From Epiperipatus broadwayi (Eukaryota > Animalia > Onychophora): DNA of 64,000 nt. The translations under genes were made by a program, and so were the position numbers. Below the pieces are notes generated by a model. The model had not been told where the DNA came from. It was given only the letters and a program-made list of their open reading frames with translations, and made no database searches. The DNA lies in assembly GCA_028023455.1 (NCBI GenBank), contig JAQFVV010000011.1:4836001-4900000 (forward strand). Reading direction: 5' to 3'. Positions 1 to 12,570 of the stretch are shown in pieces (position 1 is the stretch's first letter; every line of letters begins with the position of its first letter).

Positions 1-83
1 ATGTAAATGGATACGGTCCTATGCATGAGGGGTCAGAGTGACTTCAGGTCAACATGGCATGGCAATAATATTAACATCAGCAT

Positions 84-395
84 GGGATTTGAGTTTTCTT
101 CATCAGACTTTCATTGATATGGATGGCTGAAAAGTTGGAGCTTGGAGTGGATTGAGGCCTGTCCATTAAAGTATGAAGATTTGCTATCTTAATATAAACT
201 GAGCACTGATTATATATGTGTGTGGGAGATGATAATCTGGATCAACTGATGAGTGCTGATTTAGCACAAAATATGTATATTGGTGATTATATATCTTTTC
301 TACATGTGTGTGGTCATGTGTATCAGTTGTATGAGATAGTGTGGATAGTTGAAGAGTGCTTGAAAATTTGAGTTCAAATCTCCTATACTTACAAT
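84..395 (+). mobile_element. Family-1 hammerhead-containing dispersed repeat (~300 nt), near full-length copy
   Basis: Collinear with copies at 21267-21565, 32469-32710 and 40562-40850. Contains an HHR motif at 241-284 and ends in GAGTTCAAATC. Confidence 0.85.
241..284 (+). ncRNA. Minimal type I hammerhead ribozyme motif (family 1), decayed G12>A
   Basis: ATCAA-CTGATGA-GTGCTG att TAGCAC-AAAA-TATGTA-TA-TTGGT. Confidence 0.7.
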
Positions 396-539
396 AATGA
401 GTAAAGAAATTTAAAATGATTTTGATTTATTTGATGATGGAGGTACTTGATAAAGCTTAAGTTCAAATCGTTAGATTGTTTGAAGTTTCACATAATTAAC
501 TTGGCTTAAGTAATAAGGATATGACCAACAAAAAGACAA

Positions 540-2100
540 GGAAGTCATCTTTAAACATTTATTATTAAAATAAAATAAAAATGGAACAAATAAGGTAATA
601 GCTAGCTTGTAAGTCCATCAAACATGTCATGAATGACAATAAAATACAAGAATAAAGACAAAGTAGTAGTATTAAATAAAAAAATGCTACAAAAAATTCT
701 TGGCTTTGGTAAATATACAATACATTCATCATTTGATTTTGTTAGTAAAATTTATGATGTTGTTATTGATGTTAATGATGTATTATGTGCATTAGACATT
801 AGTGAAATGTATGGATCAATTGATCAGATGGCTTCTATTGAAATTATTTCTCATGCATTAAATTTAAAAAATGTCAATGTTAAAACAATAAAATTTATAG
901 TTGAAACATTAAGCTTTATTGATAAAAATATTTATACAGTCTTTAAGAAGATTTTTCTAAAATGGGTAATGGATAGCCAATGGGTTTGCCTACAGTTGCT
1001 CAAATATGTAATTTTGTAATTTCTACATATGAAGAAAATATGTTGAAAAAGAAAGATTATCAAAAAAGATTACTTTATATTATCAGTATGTTGATGTGAT
1101 GTTAAAGATTTCTTTAAAGAATTAAATAATATAAATGGCTTAAAGTGGATCAAAACAGATGAAAATTTAATGTGCATTCAGGTCCTCAATCTTAAGATAA
1201 CAGAAATATATGTAAACTGGATTACTATATGAATATTAATATTAAACCAATAACAAAAAGAGGCTATATACCATATAAATCAAAATTATCAATGTCACAT
1301 AAAATGGTAGGTTGAAGTCCTTCTTGTTCAGAAATGATAATCTTTGTAAATATTCATCAGATAAATGCAAAAATATTGAAATGAATTCGAATGTAATTGT
1401 TAAATGTTGGTTATAATTACAATTATATTTATTATATCATTAAAAATTTCAATACGAAATATAAGTATAAAAATAAAAATTTCAATACGAAATATAAGTA
1501 TAAAAATATAAATAATAGTGTTGATTTTTCTATTAATAAAATCTGGATATCAATACCATATATTTTGAATCAATAAGCAAATTTCATAAGGAAAGGTATA
1601 TGTGACATTGCATTTTATGCACCTCCTACATTAAATAAGTTAATAAATAACTCTAAAGATAAAACCTCATTTAAAAATAAAAATTGTATCATTTATAAAT
1701 GGATATGTAGGTGTGGTAGCAAATATATAGAGGAATCGAGGTGTACTTTGGAGAAAAGAATGAAAGAACACTTGTTGCTGCTATTAAAAAGAGTCCAAAA
1801 TACAAAACAAAATTGCAAAAATAATAATAACATATCAGCTTTCATTTTTTACGACCGTAATAAATCATGTATATATGGTTTTAATTTCAATTATAATAAT
1901 GTAAAAATATTGCAAACTAAAAGAAATACCAATAAAAGGAAAATAAAGAAAGGTATGCTAATATATAAATACAGACAAGACTTAATCAATAGGCAGGCAG
2001 CTAAAATTAAAATCATGGAATTATGGGAAGGTTGATTTTTCAAAGAACTAGTTGACAAAGACTACGAGGATAATCGAAAGTGCTCCTATGTGACGATTGT
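540..2100 (+). mobile_element. Degenerate Penelope-like retroelement (RT + GIY-YIG endonuclease + terminal HHR)
   Basis: ORF 633-1019 has DVLCALDISEMYGSID (RT motif A-like). Frameshifted G*PMG and YQYVD follow. IIYKWICRCGSKYIEESRCTLEKRMKEH at ~1690-1770 is GIY-YIG-like. Confidence 0.85.
2048..2087 (+). ncRNA. Decayed minimal hammerhead at the PLE 3' end (helix III GCGC type)
   Basis: TAG-TTGACAA-AGACT...AATC-GAAA-GTGC-TC-CTA. Two transitions away from CTGACGA, immediately after the EN stop codon. Confidence 0.55.
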
Positions 2101-2259
2101 ATTTTTTTATCGTTTTCAAAAAAATTTTGATTACTGTATTTACTAATATTTAATTATAATATTATATATATATAATACCTCTCCTTCGTCATCACCGTGA
2201 GAATATTGTGGAAAATAAGCTTGAGTTATTTGCATTTAGCATTTTCAATTAAGCTGAAT

Positions 2260-2480
2260 AACTAATCTCGATATTATATTGGATGTAGTACCAATTCCCA
2301 TATTGTTTTTCTTCTTCTTTTTATTTATAAAAACTCCACTCCACTTGTGTTTCCAATATTTTTTTGTTCATAGTAAAGCATATGTCCATTTTTCAAGTCT
2401 ATTCATCTTCTAACTTCATAACTTCCAACAATGTCCCATGATTCTCTTTAATTAACAGCAAGCTGCAATTTTAGTATAGT
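2260..2480 (-). mobile_element. RTE-clade LINE AP-endonuclease fragment
   Basis: Minus-strand translation WDIVGSYEVRR...GHMLYY...SGV resembles the RTE EN N-terminus. It is frameshifted. Confidence 0.5.
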
Positions 2481-3001
2481 GAACAGTTCAAAGATTCTTG
2501 AGCTTAAGGTTTATGGAACATGCTCAGCTCTGCCATTTTTAGTGCTTGAATTTCTTATGAATTCTCAAGCAATAAACCCATTTGGTTATAAATATGTGTA
2601 AACACACACACACACATTTATAACTCTAAGGGATCATAAATATATTGCAAAGAAATATGAGTTTCAGTGGTTACATATTAGCATTATGATTCTCTATCAT
2701 TGCATATTTACTGTTTAACCATTTATACGCATAAGTTTAAAATGTGTAGAAATAGCTCTGCTCAATAAATTTAAATTTTCATAGATTTAGATTAATTTGC
2801 CTTAAATATCTTTATTAGTTCAATATTCTCTGTACTGATGTTGTGATTTAAGTTAAAATCTTAAACACACAGTATGAAGTGGCCATTTCTTACTAAAATA
2901 ATAATTGGATTATAGCAGCTAAAGTCAACCCAATTAACATTGCTTGAGATTTGCTGGTTCAACTGTTACATATTATTTAGCATTGTGATTCTCTATATTT
3001 T

Positions 3002-3035
<34 letters not shown>

Positions 3036-3251
3036 CAATGCACATGTGGAAAGCCAATTGTTTCAACTCTAAAATCACCCAATTGTTTCAACCTTTAAAA
3101 TCACCTGATGAGTGAAGATTTTTGTATAAATTATTTATATAGTGAGAGAGGGTAGTCTGAAACTTTTGTAAGATGCATTTGAAATGTTAGATTATATATA
3201 TATGTGTGTGTATTAAATTTATGATATATATTTTTATTCATTCTAAATTAG

Positions 3252-3349
3252 GTTGTACATATGATAACACTTTTTACCGGCATGGCCAATCCTGGCATCC
3301 ATTAGTGTCTCCTTTTGGATTAGTAAAATGTGTTAAATGTAAATGTCAG
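3252..3349 (+). CDS. CHRDL: Chordin-like protein, first coding exon in window (VWC/CR domain N-half)
   Basis: ttag|GT...CAG|gtaatt. Encodes GCTYDNTFYRHGQSWHPLVSPFGLVKCVKCKCQ (SWHP..PFG..C..C.C chordin-type CR motif). Phase 1 in, phase 0 out. Confidence 0.93.
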
Positions 3350-3723
3350 GTAATTGGGGTTTTTTTTACTATTGTAAAACATTTATATGTGTAGATAATA
3401 TGCATACACACATATCTGGCCTATTATAATTATGATTCATCAACATTACATACACATATATAATATTTAAATATATATATAATCACATTATTAACTGTCT
3501 ACTAGAGCCAATTATTATTTAAAGAGTCATATGATAAGTGATTAGAATATCTATTACAATGTTCACACGGTTTAAATTCACATGAAATTCAAACTTTTTT
3601 ACATTGTAAATTGGCATAGAGTTTTTGTTCTAGATAGTTAGCCTAAACAGCAAGCAAATCTGTCAACAGAAATTGAGAAGAGAGAAAAAATGAATGGAAA
3701 CACCTTTTTTTTTATGTGTCAAA

Positions 3724-3791
3724 GCATCGGGCCGGGAAGCCCGGGACAACTACTTATAAGGCAGCAGTGCTAACCACTCGGCCACCAACGC
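3724..3791 (-). mobile_element. tRNA-Gly-derived SINE-like copy, degenerate
   Basis: Reverse complement begins GCGTTGGTGGCCGAGTGGTTAGCACTGCTGCC. It has the shared TCAA leader and an A-rich tail. Confidence 0.7.
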
Positions 3792-4760
3792 TTGACAATG
3801 AAAACAGTTCTATCAGTAACATATTGCTTCCTCAACCAAATTAAGTAAATCATCAATAAAAATATATACTTTTCTCTGCAATTTAATGTGCCAATTTTTA
3901 TCATGGGAATGCATAAAAATAAGCTTTATCTGGTATTCTAAGTTTAATATAGAAAAAATAAAACTGGAGAATGAAGCTTAATAAAACTTTTTTACCAAAA
4001 AGATATCAAATAAAAAAAAAAAAGTTTTGTGTGAATCTTTATACGCCAAACTTTGAATAAAATAAAAAATCATAGATTTATTAAGAAAAATAATTTATTG
4101 TGTCAGAAATTATTTTTAAATGAAATATCTCTTCACTCACATTAATACTATTAACAATTCCACAACATTGAAAAGGCGATTATGAAAGAAACCATTGCTT
4201 TTGACTATTTCATTTTCAAATTAGCTTAAAATTATTGAATAAATTTTTATATAATTAAATGTATATAGAATTATATAAATTAAATATGCAAAGACAAATA
4301 ACTGTGAAAGGATATAATATATGTTTTGTTTCCTCCATTGCTAATTTATTAATGTTGTAATTGGCTGAAATGTTTCAAACGTTGGCTAAAGAAGGTTTAT
4401 TATATGTATTTATTTTTGTTAAAGGTAACTGAGCACACTTTTGGCTTATAAAACCAAATTCACAGCACTTGTTTCAGCCAATTTATTAAAAACTTTTTTA
4501 GGGTTATAATTATAAAACATAAATGTATAAAATGATACTAGAATGCAAAAAATATGAAAATTATCCTCTATGCTAATTATTTTTTAATAATAATTCTTTA
4601 ATCAAATTATCTTCATTATTATATAAGAGGATATGAATTATTACTTTTTAAGTTGTGAGATATTTCATAAAATGCTGATAGTTGTGAAAATTAATTGAGA
4701 ATTTTTTGTAATTTTTATCCAAAGTAACAAATCTTGTTTGAAAATCTGTTGTTTATATAA

Positions 4761-4850
4761 GGGATTCGAACTCAGACTTTTACATGACCCTAAATTCTCC
4801 ATGCTATCTCATATTGCTGACCCACCTGATCACACACATGTTGAAAAGAT
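4761..4850 (-). mobile_element. Family-1 repeat, 3' fragment with B-box-like end
   Basis: Matches 21267-21355. Minus strand ends GTCTGAGTTCGAATCCC. Confidence 0.75.
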
Positions 4851-5083
4851 GAGTTTGAATCCCTTATATATTACATTATATGTGCAGGTGTGTGTAAGCC
4901 TGTACAGTATATTAAAACCTGTTGTTGAAATTGCTGAATTGATGTTGTATATCAGTTATTACTTTTGAATTTATTGATGAATATAATTTAATAAAATTAA
5001 AGTTATTAATTTTAAATAATTTAAATCTTATTATTGTTTCCTGTGCAAAAAGAACATTAGATTCATAGATAGAAACACACACA

Positions 5084-5118
<35 letters not shown>

Positions 5119-5507
5119 AGTGGGCACATAAGTAAGAAAACAGATATATGAATTTATAGATAGAAACATATATAAGTGAACATATAGTTAAGAAAATAGA
5201 TATATGGATGAGGGATGGCTAGAAAAATGGATAGATAAACGGGTAATATTGATCATCAGATAGATAGGCAAAAAGGAATATTTACATTTTAGTTGTTCAG
5301 TTCTGTAGTAAACATAGAATCCCTAGAAGGTAAACTTTTTTTCTGGACTAATTATACTTGAGGCAAAAATTAATTGAAAGTAAAGTCACTCGAAACAGAC
5401 TATTTCATTTTGCATTTGAATATTGAGATGTTGCTGAACTAAATACCGTGTGTGTATGTATATATATATATATACACACACACACTCTTCATATAATAAA
5501 GATATAT

Positions 5508-5578
5508 ATGGGAGATAGTGACCTGGGCCATTTGATGAGTGCTGGTTCAGCATGAAATGCATCTTGGGGATCATTTGT
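5508..5578 (+). ncRNA. Family-1 hammerhead fragment, core C3>U
   Basis: GGGAGATAGTGACCTGGGCCAT-TTGATGA-GTGCTGGTTCAGCAT-GAAA-TGCATC-TTGGGGATCATTT. Confidence 0.65.
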
Positions 5579-6819
5579 TATTTATTGTATTTTTATTTAT
5601 ATGAATTTAAAAAGAATGGGGAAGTATAGAGGTTATTACTCATGGGAAAGAGAAGGTGAATAACTCCATGTGTGTATATGTTTAAAATTTAAAAAAATCA
5701 GATATATTAATCTTTATCTGAGGTTTAAAGTTTATATCTATGCTAATCTCTAGTTTATAAAATGATTACTAATAATCATTATTGTATTTATATGAGGTGG
5801 ATGGTCTCATAAGTTGTGAGTAGAGTTAGTTTGATGATGGTAAATAAAAATGTGACAATATATATATATATATATATATTAAGTTCCAACCAGTAACCAC
5901 TTAAACATTCACAGTAAAATATAGTAATCAATATTTCTCACTGCTGTCATGGCAACCTTCACACCTTTATATATATATCTGCAATTCCTAATATTTAATG
6001 ATTCCTAATATTTAATGATGATTAAAAAATAAGCAAGATAAAAAACTAAAACTAAAAGAATACTATGAATGACAATTTTTTTTCTTCTAGCCATTTAAGA
6101 ATTGTTCTTGTAAAAAGCAGATGGATGATAGAAAATCAGGGAATGAAATTTTATTTTGTGATATATCAACTCCATTAGAAATCTCATGGAATAATATGTT
6201 TTCTATGCCCAAAACTTTGGTTTGAATCTATGTCAAGTAAGGCTTGAAACTTTTTAATTAATCTTCGGATTTTTTAAATAGATAATCATTCAATAATGGT
6301 CAGAAAATGGGTATCTATATATTTTTAATATAAGGTCAACCACAGTAAAAAAAAAATGAGGTCAACAATAGTAAAAAAAATGCTTAGACTCTTCACTTGG
6401 GAAATAGCAAGGCTGGTGAGCAATATATCTTTTCCATTTTCATTAGTGGGGTTATTGGAAAAAATGTTACCCTACAAAAAACTAAAGATTGTTTTATTTT
6501 TAAATCAAGGCCAAACACTACTCAGTTCAGCTGTAGATATTAGTTCACTATGGATCTACTATGCATTATTTGCTCCAAGAAATGTTAGCCTTTGAATATC
6601 CACATTTTAAATCATAACACTTGCAAATATGTAATCGTGGATATGTAAAAAATAATGTTTCAAAAAAGAGTATTTATTCAAAACTAATACCCTTGGCATT
6701 CATTTTTAATGTGTCAGTTACTTTAAATAAACTGTAGTGTCTTTTTAGAGTAGACTTTCTGATTATTAAAAATGTTAGATTAATTCATTCCGTATATGAA
6801 ACACTAACATATCATTTGT

Positions 6820-6950
6820 CTAGTCATGCACTTTTATAAATTTACATGGACTCATCCATTTAAAAAGCATAAGTGTATGCTACACTTATGCTTTCTAAAC
6901 TGATGTTCATGGGTGAGTGCATGTAAATTCATAAAAGAACATGACCAAAA
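6820..6950. repeat. Imperfect palindrome / small MITE-like hairpin
   Basis: Centred on AAGCATAAGTGTA-tgc-TACACTTATGCTT, with outer arms GTCATG...TTTACATG / CATGTAAA...CATGAC. Confidence 0.55.
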
Positions 6951-7168
6951 GTACAAACTATTTGTAAAATATTCAATGCAAAAGGATTTGTGTTAGTCAA
7001 ATATATTATACAGAGCCCATTCAATTAATTTTGATGCCTGAGATAAGTCTTAAAAACTGTGCATTTTAAATTATTCATAAACCTTACTTAAAATAGTCTA
7101 CTGAACCAAGTGATAGATTTAATGGAAAAATATATGAATAAAATAAAAATAAATATACTTGTATATAT

Positions 7169-9289
7169 TGTAATGGTCTGGGTTTTGACCTGAAGTGAGA
7201 AGGGTGCATCTCATTATGGTCAGACCAAGGATCTTCTGGTAGAATGATGTTAATGACATGATGAAGTACCTAACCAATGATCGTGTTTACCTCCAATAGA
7301 CTAGCTCTATGTTTACACCTTAAATTTAGATATAATTTGGTGAGCTAGTTCAATCATATCTTGCCCCTCCTTCGGGCTCTGTTATGCCTCCATATTCAAA
7401 CTCAGGAAGAAATCTGCCTTTAGCTGTCTTCAGGGGTGAACTTACACTAGATATCAACTGTTATCTTGTCCAAGACCATGTCAGTTTTCACTAAGGCCAA
7501 CTTATCCTTGAGACTGATATTTTGATCTAGGATCTCTAGTGTTTTGTCATGCATCTCTGTTTCAATGTTCTATTATGAACAGAGTTGTTTCATCTTTGAG
7601 TAGATGTCTTGGAACTCCCTCTGGACCTTGACTTGAAGCTTCTCCTGGTCTGCATGCACCTTGTCACTGAAAGTCTCCTGATTTCTATACACTTCATTGC
7701 TCCTAATTTAACTGACTAATGATGCTATATCTGTCCTCAAATCATCATTGGCATTGCATATCCTTCTTATCTATTTTCTTTCTCATGCTTGTTTTATTTC
7801 AGAGTTGTCACTTTGAACACTGCTCAGGCTTATTGACGTCTGCTCCGTATCGAAAGATAACCTAATTTCTATATTCTTTATTTCTATTTTTAAATCTGCC
7901 TTAATATTATTGATATTTGCCTTTAAATTCTCCTCCATGCTGCTCCTTGTTTGATTCATACTGTCCATCCTATGGTCCAACTTTGCTTCATACTATTCAT
8001 ATTATTGCTCATGCTGTTCATGTCATCTTTCATACTGCTTATGTTACTGTTCAGGTTACTTATGTTACTGTTCATTCTTGCTTCCCTGCTGCTCATATTA
8101 TTATTTATACTGCTCATGATCATTTGGAAAATTTGTTCTATGGTCATCCTACTTCCTGTAACATGAGCTATATTGACTTCAGGTACTTGATCCTACTTCC
8201 TGTAACATGAGCTATATTGACTTCAGGTACTTGATCCTACTTCCTGTAACATGAGCTATATTGACTTCAGGTACTTGATCCATCTCATTGTCAAGTGCTT
8301 CTTGTGTTTGAGAAGTTGCTCAGTCTGCAATGTGTACCTGTGGAGGGTGATCCAACCTCAGTATAGATCCCCCAGGTATTTGAATCTGTGAAGACCCTTC
8401 CCCACTGCTAATAGTAACATCTTCTACTTCACTATCACTACTAAGATGGGTTCCTTCAGAACATTTCATATCTATACTTGATAAATGTTTTCCACTTCTG
8501 GTTATCAAACTTTTTATTAGCTAAGTAGAAAGTTATTTCCTCTTTTAGATATATCAATAAATATATGTCACAGGACCGTCTGCTACTTCTTATCACTTAG
8601 TGCATGTGTTATTTTCTCCTCTCTATTTTTTGTTTGTATATATGTTGTTTTGTATGCCTACTTTTTAGCCTGTCCTTTTATTCACCTAACTGACCTATTT
8701 TAATTTGGTTTATTAATTAATTATTTATTTATTGAAATCACTTTATCATTTCATTCTCATCAGTTAACTTGTATTCAATGTTTCACATGAGGTTTTCCTT
8801 TTTTGATGTGTTTGCTTGGAAATGGTTTGAGTTCAGGAGTCTCATTCTTTTGTGGTTGGGTGTATCAATTTGTTGCTACTCAGGTCAATTCATCATGGTT
8901 GTATACTGGAAAAAATTTGACAAGTAAGTTCCAGTTCAATGTCTGGACTTCCTTAGAAACTTCCTGTTTCATAGTCCTAACATTTGGGTACCAGAATGTA
9001 ATGGGTCAGGTTTTGACCAGAATCGAGGAGGAATACATTTCACTGAGATCAGACCTAGAGTCTTCTGGTAAAATGCTATTAATGATGCAAAGAAGTAACT
9101 AACCTATAATTGTATCTACCTCCAATGGGTTAGTTCTATGTTTACACATTGAATTTAGATATAATTTGAGCTACTTCATCCATATCTTGCCCCTCCTTCA
9201 GCTCCATTATGCCTCAGTATTTGAACTCAGGGAGGAATCTGCTTTTGTCTTTCTTCAGGGTGAACTAACACTAGATAGCAATTGTCACA
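7169..9289 (-). mobile_element. Internally deleted LTR retrotransposon (gag-like remnant between two ~295-bp LTRs)
   Basis: Diverged direct repeats at 7169-7465 and 8997-9289 start TGTAATGG, and the right one ends TGTCACA. A PBS-like TGGTACCCAAATG follows the minus-strand 5' LTR. A decayed ORF starts MITRSGK (8508) and runs into a coiled-coil region (7783-8147). Confidence 0.75.
8146..8277. repeat. 44-bp tandem repeat x3 inside the gag-like ORF
   Basis: ATCCTACTTCCTGTAACATGAGCTATATTGACTTCAGGTACTTG at 8146, 8190 and 8234. Confidence 0.95.
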
Positions 9290-10614
9290 CCACTATATAG
9301 GTTCCAATTGATTTAAAGATTCATCCAAGCATATTACTGTGTTAATATAGAAGAGTGAAATGTGTGTGGTTGATGAATAAACATATAAATGATTTTTATA
9401 AACTAGAGACCATTTTAATGTAAATCAAGTTAACATTGTTTATTAAGTAACAAAACAACAAAATTTAAAACTTTTTAATATGATAAAATAATATGATTGT
9501 GTGTGTCAATGATGTTTATCTACCATATCAACAATTAAATACCAAACTCTTAGGTAGAGATACATAACAATGCACTAATTATTTACAAAGCAAATAAAAT
9601 AATAAAAAAGTCATCATTAAATCAACCACAAAGCTGACTAGCAAATTTATAATAGCATACAAATATATCCATGGTAGCTTCATTGTTGAATTCCAATTAT
9701 TAGTGTTCCATCTTCTTTGGGGATCCCCTATCTATATACAGTTCCCTAAGGTTGATAGAAAAGAATATCTGCACAAGAAGATTAATAATTCATACTGAAA
9801 ATATAAATACAAACAATTATTAGTTAACAATAACAAAAAATGTGAACTCTGTCCTGTAATAAATGTATGTGCTTAATATGGAATAATCTCAAAGATCTCT
9901 TATTCCATATCATGGTTATGATGATAAATGTTAAGTCACTATGGAGGGAAAGCTGACCTAAACTTTATTTGACATATATAAAAAAATTTTTTTTATCTAA
10001 CTTAGTAATTCCCCCACCCCCTCTTCATTTTGTTGCTTTCATCTATAATGGACTCTTGCAAATTGTTGACATATTTCCAAGTATGGAGATAAAATAAAAC
10101 TAGAATTTTACAAATATTTATATAAAAATATATACATAGTAAAATCAAATCTTTATTTAATTCATCTTGGTTAATGTCCATGAGTTTGGCAATAATGTGT
10201 TTTATGGATACAGTCTATCTCTCTTCGTATCATTCTTCATCAGTAAAATTCATCACTCACTAGAATTCCTCAGCATCATGCTTGAAATGATATTGTTTCC
10301 ATTTTCTACAGTTGCTTTCCTTCTTGATCTAAAAAGGCATTTAGGATAGGACATTTGGTATTCCTTTAGGCATTATACAGGTAAATAAATTAAGTCATTG
10401 CACTTCCAGGGTCAGGACAATAGCAGTCCAGTCCTGTGGCAATGTTAATTTAGGCAAAATATGTTGCACAGCAGTTTATAACAGATTTAATTTTTTTTTG
10501 ATTTGCTATTTGGCATTTAATGGCTTATATAAGAAAGAATTACTTCATCATTTTATAGCATATAAAAGCAATTTACCCGCTGATGAAGAAGCTGCAAAAA
10601 CCAAAAACAATTAA

Positions 10615-10990
10615 ATGGGTCGAGCGCTTTCAAGGTTTTCCCTCATATTCATGGCCAACATAAGTAATAAATCATTTATGTAGTATTGTTAACTAATAAA
10701 ATATGCAAATGTAAATGCAAAATAATTTGTCCATTTTTTCGAGATAGAAAAGCACGTGTCGCGTCTATTGATGGAATTGTTGTCACTGATAATAAAATAC
10801 GCCTCCTTGACTTTTCTTTTGCAGTCGTTGGCTTCAGAGCATACTATCTTGGGGTTGCCTGGTTCAAAGACATGTCCAGCCTGCTTAAAAAGTGTATGAA
10901 ACACTTGAACGAGAAGCTATAAAGATTCCAAAAATTATTATACGCTAAGCGCTTTCGAAGCCCTTTGCCTCATATTCATAGCGGTATTGT
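10615..10990 (-). mobile_element. 5'-truncated Penelope-like element: GIY-YIG C-terminus flanked by two HHR-like pLTR motifs
   Basis: ORF 10689-10904 has GHVFEPGNPKIVCSEANDCKRKVKEAYFI...INRRD..FSISKKW. A repeated motif GAAA-GCGC-TY lies at ~10620-10655 and 10944-10983. Confidence 0.75.
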
Positions 10991-11924
10991 TTAATATTTC
11001 ATCATTTTATTTAAATGCTGGTGATGTTCTATTTTTTTAATCCATATTCAAATAAGGGCGCAGCTTCTTAAATATCAATTTAAAAACAATTCAGCTATTT
11101 TGTTAAGCCACACAAATTTATCAAACTTTTTTTTATTTAAATGTCGGTTGTAATTTCTTATAGTATTGAACTTCAAAAATTATACGGATAAGTCAGAATC
11201 TTCAAACAAGTTGTCCATCTTCTCTTGCATTCAAACATTCAGTCTTAGCATATTGGCTTATACAGTTATTGCATCATTTGAAAAGTAACAAAAGATAATG
11301 GAAATGATCTGCATTTGCTTTTATACCATGCTTAGTTTCCAGTGTTTAGTATACTAGTTTTTCCATTTCCTTTTCCATTTCTGTGGCCGTCTATTGTTGC
11401 ACATATTATATTGGTTATAGTTAAAAAATAAAATTACATAACAGAATTCTACTTTTATTTTCCACACTTGGTTGCCGAGTGATTGACTTGACATTAGGTC
11501 ATCACTATGTTTATAAAGTCTATGTCTTAATTTGTGACTTACAACACATTGGTAATACATTGATAATTAACTTGTTGATATATATATATGTTTAGATTAT
11601 TTCTTTTTGCTGGGCTTTTATTTTTCATTATATAAGAAAAATTAGTTCATTGTGACATTTGTTTGATTTTGGCATTTAACAAAGCAAACATTCATCATGT
11701 ATATATATATTGAAAAAAAAGGAATAGTGCATATTTAATCACCTAATAGTTAAGCTTATGTTTTGAATGGGTTTGAGTTGTTGGTGTGAATAAGTAAAGG
11801 CTGATTTTGATAGGATTGTAAGCTATCCTTACTATATATATATATTCATAGTATTATTTCCTGAAGATTCCATGTAATAAAAATATAATAATTAAATAGC
11901 TGAAGTTTTAGTACAATTACAAAT

Positions 11925-12570
11925 ACTTTTCTCAGAGCTTCTTTCTCAAATCATAAGAATGTGTGTGGTGACATTTAAAATAGTAATTTTTTTTCCTTTG
12001 CATAGAATGTATTCTACTAGTTAGGAAGTTTTAAAAAATATTTTATCTTCCCAATAGCTTTTTCCAAATATTATTAATTTTCTTTAATTCACACTTTTCA
12101 TTTATGCTCTTAGGCTTTTTAAAAATCTCTATAGCTTCCCTTAGCAATCTTTTGTATATTGTTCAATTTTTTTCAGAATATGGGTTTTATTAAAATTAAT
12201 ATCATTGTTTGTTAATTTAATGTGTGAATAAATGGCAGATGAATTGGATTTTTCTCTAACTTCCAAAATGTGTTCTTCCTTTCTTATGTTTATTCTACGA
12301 TTCATCCGTCCAATGTATGAATATAAACAAACTCCACATGGAATTTCATATACACCATGACACTCCAAAGGAATTTTATCTTTAGGGTGTGGAAATACTT
12401 CATTAATTTTTTGTAATGTAGTGTAAACTGTGTGGATATTATTTTTCTTTAAAACATTACTTACTTTTCAACCAATAGAATTTAAGAATGAAAAGAAAAT
12501 AACAAAGGAAAAAAATAGAAATTTTAAATCTTACCACACACATTCTTATGATTTGAAAAAAACTCTGAGA
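11925..12570 (-). mobile_element. 5'-truncated Penelope-like element (GIY-YIG) with an inverted terminal copy
   Basis: KDKIPLECHGVYEIPCGVCLYSYIGRMNRRINIRKEEH. 11925-12003 is an inverted repeat of ~12495-12572. Confidence 0.85.

Noticed and set aside
3055-3120. CTGATGAG-containing tandem duplication as a hammerhead
   Set aside because: No GAAA...UH with compatible helices could be built on either strand.
7917-8210. Plus-strand ORFs 7917-8210 and 7951-8166 (hydrophobic, His-rich)
   Set aside because: They are antisense shadows of the repetitive coiled-coil gag-like remnant on the minus strand.
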